DNA from: Eledone cirrhosa
Lineage: Eukaryota
Assembly: GCA_964016885.1 (NCBI GenBank)
Contig: OZ024741.1
Span: 379,812,001-379,876,000 of the forward strand
Length of the DNA stretch: 64,000 bases
Direction of reading: 5' to 3'
The notes below the pieces were generated by a model. The model was given only the letters and a program-made list of their open reading frames with translations, was not told where the DNA came from and did not search any database. Both the position numbers and the translations under genes were made by a program. Below are positions 53,303-64,000 of this stretch, one piece after another. The first letter of the stretch is position 1. Every line of letters starts with the position of its first letter.

Positions 53303-56300
53303 CACATATACACATACAGGTACGCATACATATATGTACGTATCAGTTTAGCGGACGCTTATTATAGCGCCCGCTTTGTTCGTTTGTAAACAAACTGAAC
53401 AGTCTGAATTTATGCCGCACGTCGTTAAGGCAACCACGTCACCTTTTTGTTCAACACTGACACAGGAACGATGTACTAGTTTCAAGCATGTTAGCTATCG
53501 TCAGCACCGTATACCCTTCTGCCAGATGGTTGAACGTTCGAAAGTATATACTTTCCTTACGAAAATTAACGGCTGAGCAGCCTAATTTGCATATCGAGTG
53601 AGTTAAATCGGTCAGGCGCACCGAAAACGATGAGTTTCAATAAAATGAAAACGAAATTTCAACTTCTCACTCTTAGTACGGCACTTACTCAAATGTAAGT
53701 ATGTATGTACACGTACATACACATATGTATACAGACGTACAGTAGCATGCACATATATATATATATATACATACACATATACACATACAGGTACACATAC
53801 ATATATGTACGTATCAGTTTAGCGGACGCTTATTATAGCGCCCGCTTTGTTCGTTTGTAAACAAACTGAACAGCCTGAATTTATGCCGCACGTTGTTAAG
53901 GCAACCACGTCACCTTTTTGTTCAACACTGACACAGGAACGATGTACTAGTTTCAAGCTTGTTAGCTATCATCAGCACCGTATACCCTTCTGCCAGATGG
54001 TTGAACGTTCAAAAGTATATACTTTCCTCATGAAAATTAACGGCTGAGCAGCCTAATTTGCATATCGAGTGAGCTAAATCGGTCAGGCGCACCGAAAACG
54101 ATGAGTTTCAATAAAATGAAAACGAAATTTCAACTTCTCACTCTTAGTACGACACTTACTCAAATGTAAGTATGTATGTACACGTACATACACATATGTA
54201 TACAGACGTACAGTAGCATGCACATATATATATATATATATACATACACATATACACATACAGGTACACATACATATATGTACGTATCAGTTTAGCGGAC
54301 GCTTATTATAGCGCCCGCTTTGTTCGTTTGTAAACAAACTGAACAGCCTGAATTTATGCCGCACGGTGTTAAGGCAACCACGTCACCTTTTTGTTCAACA
54401 CTGACACAGGAACGGTGTACTAGTTTCAAGCTTGTTAGCTATCATTAGCACCGTATACCCTTCTGCCAGATAGTTGAACGTTCAAAAGTATATACTTTCC
54501 TTATGAAAATTAACGGCTGAGCAGCCTAATTTGTATATAGAGTGAGTTAAATCGGTCAGGCGCACCGAAAACGATGAGTTGTAATAAAATGAAAACGAAA
54601 TTTCATTTCTCACTCTTAGTACGACACTTACTCAAATGTAAGTATGTATGTACACATACATACACATATGTATACAGACGTACAGTAGCATGCACATATA
54701 TATATATATACATACACATATACACATACAGGTACACATACATATATGTACGTATCAGTTTAGCGGACGCTTATTATAGCGCCCGCTTTGTTCGTTTGTA
54801 AACAAACTGAAGAGCCTGAATTTATGCCGCACGGTGTTAAGGCAACCACGTCACCTTTTTGTTCAACACTGACACAGGAACGATGTACTAGTTTCAATCT
54901 TGTTAGCTATCATCAGCACCGTATACCCTTCTGCAAGATGGTTGAACGTTCGAAAGTATATACTTTCCTTATGAAAATTAACGGCTGAGCAGCCTAATTT
55001 GCATGTCGAGTTAGTTAAATCGGTCAGGCGCACCGAAAAAGATGAGTTGTAATAAAATGAAAACGAAATTTCATTTCTCACTCTTGGTACAGCACTTACT
55101 CAAATGTAAGTATGTATGTACACGTACATACACATATGTATACAGACGTACAGTAGCATGCACATATATATATATATATATATACATACACATGTACACA
55201 TACAGGTACACATACATATATGTACGTATCAGTTTAGCGGACGCTTATTATAGCGCCCGCTTTGTTCGTTTGTAAACAAACTGAACAGCCTGAATTTATG
55301 CCGCACGGTGTTAAGGCAACCACGTCACCTTTTTGTTCAACACTGACACAGGAACGGTGTACTAGTTTCAAGATTGTTAGCTATCATTAGCACCGTATAC
55401 CCTTCTGCCAGATGGTTGAACGTTCAAAAGTATATACTTTCCTTATGAAAATTAACGGCTGAGCAGCCTAATTTGCATATCGAGTGAGTTAAATCGGTCA
55501 GGCGCACCGAAAACGATGAGTTTCAATAAAATGAAAACGAAATTTCAATTTCTCACTCTAAGTACGGCACTTACTCAAATGTAAGTATGTATGTACACGT
55601 ACATACACATATGTATACAGACGTAAAGTAGCATGCACATATATATATACATACACATATACACATACAGGTACACATACATATATGTACGTATCAGTTT
55701 AGCGGACGCTTATTATAGCGCCCGCTTTGTTCGTTTGTAAACAAACTGAACAGTCTGAATTTATGCCGCACGTCGTTAAGGCAACCACGTCACCGTTTTG
55801 TTCAACACTGACAGAGGAACGATGTACTAGTTTCAAGCTTGTTAGCTATCGTCAGCACCGTATACCCTTCTGCCAGATGGTTGAACGTTCGAAAGTATAT
55901 ACTTTCCTTATGAAAATTAACGGCTGAGCAGCCTAATTTGCATATCGAGTGAGTTAAATCGGTCAGACGCACCGAAAACGATGAGTTGTAATAAAATGAA
56001 AACGAAATTTCATGTCTCACTCTTAGTACGGCACTTACTCAAATGTAAGTATGTATGTACACGTACATACACATATGTATACAGACGTACAGTAGCATGC
56101 ACATATATATATATATATATACATGCACATATACACATACAGGTACACATACATATATGTACGTATCAGTTTAGCGGACGATTATTATAGCGCCCGCTTT
56201 GATCGTTTGTAAACAAACTGAACAGCCTGAATTTATGCCGCACGATATTAAGGCAACCACGTCATCTTTTTGTTCAACACTGACACAGGAACGATGTACT

Positions 56301-57511
56301 AGTTTCAAGCTTGTTAGCTATCATCAGCACCGAATACCCTTCTGCCAGATGGTTGAACGTTCAAAAGTATATACTTTCCTTATGAAAATTAACGGCTGAG
56401 CAGCCTAATTTGCATATCGAGTGAGTTAAATCGGTCAGGCGCACCGAAAACGATGAGTTGTAATAAAATGAAAACGAAATTTCATTTCTCACTCTTAGTA
56501 CGACACTTACTCAAACGTAAGTATGTATGTACACATACATACACATATGTATACAGACGTACAGTAGCATGCACATATATATATATATACATACACATAT
56601 ACACATACAGGTACACATACATATATGTACGTATCAGTTTAGGGGACGCTTATTATAGCGCCCGCTTTGTTCGTTTGTAAACAAACTGAAGAGCCTGAAT
56701 TTATGCCGCACGGTGTTAAGGCAACCACGTCACCTTTTTGTTCAACACTGACACAGGAACGATGTACTAGTTTCAATCTTGTTAGCTATCATCAGCACCG
56801 TATACCCTTCTGCAAGATGGTTGAACGTTCGAAAGTATATACTTTCCTTATGAAAATTAACGGCTGAGCAACCTAATTTGCATATCGAGTGAGTTAAATC
56901 GGTCAAGCGAACCGAAAACGATGAGTTGTAATAAAATGAAAACGAAATTTCATTGCTCACTCTTAGTACGGCACTTACTCAAATATAAGTATGTATGTAT
57001 ACGTACATACACATATGTATACAGACGGACAGTATCATGCACATATATATATATATATATACATACACATATACACATACAGGTACACATACATATATGT
57101 ACGTATCAGTTTAGCGGACGATTATTATAGCGCCCGCTTTGATCGTTTGTAAACAAACTGAACAGTCTGAATTTATGCCGCACGTCGTTAAGGCAACCAC
57201 GTCACCGTTTTGTTCAACACTGACACAGGAACGATGTACTAGTTTCAAGCTTGTTAGCTATCGTCAGCACCGTATACCCTTCTGCCAGATGGTTGAACGT
57301 TCGAAAGTATATACTTTCCTTATGAAAATTAACGGCTGAGCAGCCTAATTTGCATATCGAGTGAGTTAAATCGGTCAGACGCACCGAAAACGATGAGTTG
57401 TAATAAAATGAAAACGAAATTTCATGTCTCACTCTTAGTACGGCACTTACTCAAATGTAAGTATGTATGTACACGTACATACACATATGTATACAGACGT
57501 ACAGTAGCATG

Positions 57512-57547
<36 letters not shown>

Positions 57548-59402
57548 CACATATACACATACAGGTACACATACATATATGTACGTATCAGTTTAGCGGC
57601 GATTATTATAGCGCCCGCTTTGATCGTTTGTAAACAAACTGAACAGCCTGAATTTATGCCGCACGATATTAAGGCAACCACGTCATCTTTTTGTTCAACA
57701 CAGACACAGGAACGATGTACTAGTTTCAAGCTTGTTAGCTATCATCAGCACCGAATACCCTTCTGCCAGATGGTTGAACGTTCAAAAGTATATAATTTCC
57801 TTATGAAAATTAACGGCTGAGCAGCCTAATTTGCATATCGAGTGAGTTAAATCGGTCAGGCGCACCGAAAACGATGAGTTGTAATAAAATGAAAACGAAA
57901 TTTCATTTCTCACTCTTAGTACGACACTTACTCAAATGTAAGTATGTATGTACACATACATACACATATGTATACAGACGTACAGTAGCATGCACATATA
58001 TATATATATACATACACATATACACATACAGGTACACATACATATATGTACGTATCAGTTTAGGGGACCCTTATTATAGCGCCCGCTTTGTTCGTTTGTA
58101 AACAAACTGAAGAGCCTGAATTTATGCCGCACGGTGTTAAGGCAACCACGTCACCTTTTTGTTCAACACTGACACAGGAACGATGTACTAGTTTCAATCT
58201 TGTTAGCTATCATCAGCACCGTATACCCTTCTGCAAGATTGTTGAACGTTCGAAAGTATATACTTTCCTTATGAAAATTAACGGCTGAGCAACCTAATTT
58301 GCATATCGAGTGAGTTAAATCGGTCAGGCGAACCGAAAACGATGAGTTGTAATAAAATGAAAACGAAATTTCATTTCTCACTCTTAGTACGGCACTTACT
58401 CAAATATAAGTATGTATGTATACGTACATACACATATGTATACAGACGGACAGTAGCATGCACATATATATATATATATATACATACACATATACACATA
58501 CAGGTACACATACATATATGTACGTATCAGTTTAGCGGACGATTATTATAGCGCCCGCTTTGATCGTTTGTAAACAAACTGAACAGCCTGAATTTATGCC
58601 GCACGGTATTAAGGCAACCACGTCATCTTTTTGTTCAACACTGACACAGGAACGATGTACTAGTTTCAAGCTTGTTAGCTATCATCAGCACCGTATACCC
58701 TTCTGCCAGATGGTTGAACGTTCAAAAGTATATACTTTCCTTATGAAAATTAACGGCTGAGCAGCCTAATTTGCATATCGAGTGGGTTAAATCGGTCAGG
58801 CGCACCGAAAACGATGAGTTGTAATAAAATGAAAACGAAATTTCATTTCTCACTCTTAGTACGACACTTACTCAAATGTAAGTATGTATGTACACGTACA
58901 TACACATATTTATACAGACGTACAGTAGCATGCACATATATATATATATATACATACACATATACACATACAGGTACACATACATATATGTACGTATCAG
59001 TTTAGCGGACGCTTATTATAGCGCCCGCTTTGTTCGTTTGTAAACAAACTGAACAGCCTGAATTTATGCCGCACGGTGTTAAGGCAACCACGTCATCTTT
59101 TTGTTCAACACTGGCACAGGAACGATGTACTAGTTTCAGGCTTGTTAGCTATCATCAGCACCGTATACCCTTCTGCCAGATGGTTGAACGTTCGAAAGTA
59201 TATACTTTCCTTATGAAAATTAACGGCTGAGCAGCCTAATTTGCATATCGAGTGAGTTAAATCGCTCAGGCGCACCGAAAACGATGAGTTGTAATAAAAT
59301 GAAGACGAAATTTCATTTCTCACTCTTGGTACAGCACTTACTCAAATGTAAGTATGTATGTACACGTACATACACATATGTATACAGACGTACAGTAGCA
59401 TG

Positions 59403-59433
<31 letters not shown>

Positions 59434-60348
59434 ACACATATACACATACAGGTACACATACATATATGTACGTATCAGTTTAGCGGACGCTTATTATAGC
59501 GCCCGCTTTGTTCGTTTGTAAACAAACTGAACAGCCTGAATTTATGCCGCACGGTGTTAAGGCAACCACGTCACCTTTTTGTTCAACACTGACACAGGAA
59601 CGATGTACTAGTTTCAAGCTTGTTAGCTATCATTAGCACCGTATACCCTTCTGCCAGATGGTTGAACGTTCAAAAGTATATACTTTCCTTATGAAAATTA
59701 ACGGCTGAGCAGCCTAATTTGCATATCGAGTGAGTTAAATCGGTCAGGCGCACCGAAAACGATGAGTTTCAATAAAATGAAAACGAAATTTCATTTCTCA
59801 CTCTTAGTACGACACTTACTCAAATGTAAGTATGTATGTACACATACATACACATATGTATACAGACGTACAGTAGCATGCACATATATATATATATACA
59901 TACACATATACACATACATATATGTACGTATCAGTTTAGCGGACGCTTATTATAGCGCCCGCTTTGTTCGTTTGTAAACAAACTGAACAGCCTGAATTTA
60001 TGCCGCACGTTGTTAAGGCAACCACGTCACCTTTTTGTTCAACACTGACACAGGAACGATGTACTAGTTTCAAGCTTGTTAGCTATCGTCAGCACCGTAT
60101 ACCCTTCTGCCAGATGGTTGAACGTTCGAAAGTATATACTTTCCTTATGAAAATTAACGGCTGAGCAGCCTAATTTGCATATCGAGTGAGTTAAATCGGT
60201 CAGGCGCACCGAAAACGATGAGTTGTAATAGAATGAAAACGAAATTTCATTTCTCACTCTTAGTACGGCACTTACTCAAATGTAAGTATGTATGTACAAG
60301 TACATACACATATGTATACAGACGTACAGTAGCATGCACATATATATA

Positions 60349-60404
60349 CTCTTTTACCTGTTTCAGCCATCCGGCTGAGGCCATGCTGGGGCACCGCCCT
60401 TGGG
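60349..60404 (-). mobile_element. ~55-bp SINE/LINE 3'-end fragment inserted in the (TA)n of one monomer
   Basis: Minus: AAGGGCGGTGCCCCAGCATGGCCTCAGCC..GGCTGAAACAGGTAAAAG; absent from all other monomers; TA repeats on both sides. Confidence 0.7.
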
Positions 60405-61762
60405 ATATATATATATATATATATATATACATACACATATACACATACAGGTACACATACATATATGTACGTATCAGTTTAGCGGACGATTATTATAGCG
60501 CCCGCTTTGATCGTTTGTAAACAAACTGAACAGCCTGAATTTATGCCGCACGGTGTTAAGGCAACCACGTCACCTTTTTGTTCAACACTGACACAGGAAC
60601 GATGTACTAGTTTCAAGCTTGTTAGCTATCGTCAGCACCGTATACCCTTCTGCCAGATGGTTGACCGTTCGAAAGTATATACTTTCCTTATGAAAATTAA
60701 CGGCTGAGCAGCCTAATTTGCATATCGAGTGAGTTAAATCGGTCAGGCGCACCGGAAACGATGAGTTGTAATAAAATGAAAACGAAATTTCATTTCTCAC
60801 TCTTAGTACGGCACTTACTCAAATGTTAGTATGTATGTACACATGCATACACATATGTATACAGACGTACAGTAGCATGCACATATATATATATATATAT
60901 ATATACATACACATATACACATACAGGTACACATACATATATGTACGTATCAGTTTAGCGGACGGTTATTATAGCGCCCGCTTTGATCGTTTGTAAACAA
61001 ACTGAACAGCCTGAATTTATGCCGCACGGTATTAAGGCAACCACGTCATCTGTTTGTTCAACACTGACACAGGAACGATGTACTAGTTTCAAGCTTGTTA
61101 GCTATCATCAGCACCGTATACCCTTCTGCCAGATGGTTGAACGTTCGAAAGTATATACTTTCCTTATGAAAATTAACGGCTGAGCAGCCTAATTTGCATA
61201 TCGAGTGAGTTAAATCGGTCAGGCGCACCGAAAACGATGAGTTTTAATAAAATGAAAACGAAATTTCAATTTCTCACTCTTAGTACGGCACTTACTCAAA
61301 TGTAAGTATGTATGTACACGTACATACACATATGTATACATACGTACAGTAGCATGCACATATATATATATATATATATATACATACACATATACACATA
61401 CAGGTACACATACATATATGTACGTATCAGTTTAGCGGACGCTTATTATAGCGCCCGCTTTGTTCGTTTGTAAACAAACTGAACAGCCTGAATTTATGCC
61501 GCACGGTATTAAGGCAACCACGTCATCTGTTTGTTCAACACTGACACAGGAACGATGTACTAGTTTCAATCTTGTTAGCCATCATCAGCACCGTATACCC
61601 TTCTGCCAGATGGTTGAACGTTCAAAAGTATATACTTTCCTTATGAAAATTAACGGCTGAGCAGCCTAATTTGCATATCGAGTGAGTTAAATCGGTCAGG
61701 CGCACCGAAAACGATGAGTTGTAATAAAATGAAAACGAAATTTCATTTCTCACTCTTAGTAC

Positions 61763-62094
<332 letters not shown>

Positions 62095-62102
62095 GAGAGA
62101 GA

Positions 62103-63938
62103 GAGGTGGTAGCACAACAGTTAGTTCACCATACCGAGAAAAATTGTTTCACCTTAGCGGATCTTCAGCTCGTAATGGACAGGGTTATACGGAACAAGAA
62201 GGACAACCATACGAACGCGCATGCGTAGAAACGATCACTTCACACAGGCATTACTAAAATGCGTGCGAGAGGTGTAAGAGAGATTACTGCGAAAGTCCGA
62301 AAAGTTTCTAGTTGATAAGAAAATTAAGATGTTATTGTAATTCAATCCAGAGCTTTGTAGTTAGCAATGAGGTATTTCGAGATGTGTGGACAACGTGTGA
62401 AGAAGTCATTTCTCGTGTATAGGCAATCGCTATTGAATAATCTCATTAGAATATGTATTCGTTCAACAATAGATAGTCCACACGATGTATTTCCCCTTGC
62501 GTATGGCTTGGACTTAGTGATCGCTTTCCATTGAATGGAGTAGTCTATACTTGAGGGACGATATGTGAGTCACGAGTTTCGTGGTTGAACGTCTGTCAGG
62601 GTACCTAAAGGTCGACTGGTGGTTCAGGAAGCGTACATTAAAACGGCCCTCCGCCATACCCACATAGGATTTGACATCCTTTGGTTGATTTGGTCGTTTG
62701 GAAGTGACCAGAGGTTCATAAACTACAGCGTGTGTCGGCAAGAGAACCCTGGTGGGGTGTTGCACTTATGGCTGTTGGTGATGTGGCTCTTCATCTTCTT
62801 AGCGCAGGTGTATCCTAGTTTTATTTATGTCGGTTAAAGATGGAACGGTATTTATGACCTATGCGAAAGTGTCTATGAAAGAGGGCTAGAAATTGTTTGC
62901 ATATATTGGTTTTAACGTTTAGTGAGAAGGGAGGAGAGAACCAGATAGTTTGTCTATTGTTACGCTTCTTTTCTTATTGCTGCTGTTGATAGTGGGAGAG
63001 TAAGTGATAGGTTGTGAGAAGCAGCTATTAGCTAACGCCGTGTTATAGTATGGTGCCGTCCTATCAAAGATAGCCTTATTAGAGAAGCGGTTTGAGATAC
63101 TAGTACTGATATTATTTACGAAGTTTCTAAAACAGTGGGAGGGTGGCATGAGTCCTTGTGAATGTAATTGAGTTTTTCGTTTAGCTTATGGAAGGGTCTG
63201 TAGGTGTGTATGCGAAGGTTTAAATTAATGTCTGAGAAATCTACGCTAGACAGGTTGGTAGCTACTGTTATCCTTTGTCCTAACCCATTGAAGGTAGAAG
63301 CTAAGTCTTTTTTTAAACCGATCGAGGTCGTGACCACTTTTATGGCTAGATAAGATCAGTCCATCATCGCGGTATATTCCCGTGTGGAAGTCCGGGAATC
63401 TAACACGTAATATGTCTACAATAAATAAGCCAACCAAATTGCATACGTCAGCACTGTCAAACGATCCCATGGGGACGTCGAATAGGTTTGAAGTTGTTGA
63501 CTTCTTTGCTCAGGCTAGTTCGTCGTTGAAGAGGAGGGTTTTCTGGCAGTGAGATTGCCGAAACACGAGAAATGAATTCTTCACACGTTGTCCACACGTC
63601 TCGAAACACCTCTTACGTAACTACAAAGCTCCGGATTGAATTTCAACATCCTAATTTTCTCATCAACTAGAAACTTTTCGGCCTTTCACAGTTGTCTCCC
63701 TTACACATCTCGCACGCATTTTAGTATTGTATGTGTGAAGTGATCGTTTCTACTAATGCGCGTTCGTACGGTTGTCCTTCCTGTTCCATATAACATGTCC
63801 ATTACGAGCTGAAGATCCACTAATATGAAACAATATTTCTCGATATGTTGAACTAACTGTTGTATAACCACTTCTACCTAACTCGTCCCATGGGCTGAGT
63901 GCTCTACCACTACGGACATTACCTTCCAGTGTTCTACC

Positions 63939-63941
<3 letters not shown>
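62103..63941 (-). mobile_element. Penelope-like element (Naiad-like) family B, 5'-truncated and decayed, with inverted pLTR
   Basis: MGSFDSADVCNLVGLF..GIYRDDGL (RT); VVYE..SYVGMAE..F..RFLNH (GIY-YIG); 62105-62430 inverted at 63551-63873. Confidence 0.88.
62135..62172 (-). ncRNA. Minimal hammerhead motif in the PLE B pLTR (inverted copy at 63805-63842 +)
   Basis: CGAG-CTGAAGA-tccgctaaggt-GAAA-caattt-TT-CTCG. Confidence 0.6.
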
Positions 63942-63975
<34 letters not shown>

Positions 63976-64000
63976 AGATCAAAAGATGGTTAAAGGAGTT

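Noticed and set aside
48370-61660. Recurrent 60-80-aa ORFs (MFVCKQTEQ..., MSCNKMKTK...) in the array
   Set aside because: They are translations of the repeat, run through (TA)n, and are broken by stops or frameshifts in several units; no domain recognised.

Overview
Eukaryotic, AT- and microsatellite-rich DNA. The SINE types and repeat content suggest a cephalopod such as octopus (inference). No host gene is confidently identified; almost everything recognisable is retroelement-derived. (1) 1-14.7 kb: four minus-strand R4/Dong-type RLE LINE pieces alternate with two plus-strand Tx1/L1-clade LINEs, and every junction is an (ATT)n microsatellite. (2) 15-25.8 kb: SINEs and decayed RTE, RNase H and Penelope-like (PLE) remnants. 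(3) 25.8-31.7 kb: a second Tx1 family with a 20-bp TSD at a (TATC)n/(TA)n site. (4) 31.7-38.5 kb and 62.1-63.9 kb: Naiad-like PLEs with inverted pLTRs, short fold-back derivatives and several hammerhead ribozyme (HHR) motifs. (5) 48.36-61.96 kb, the most interesting feature: about 28 tandem ~470-bp non-coding monomers, each with a minimal type I hammerhead on the minus strand (CUGAUGA...GAAA-CUAG-UA) and nearly all with an octamer motif. The array is flanked by (TA)n and ends in an inverted segment like the neighbouring PLEs, making it a candidate PLE-mobilised retrozyme/circRNA array. A candidate 51-52-nt intron at the Tx1 ORF1/ORF2 junction (in-frame fusion in family A) is also noted.
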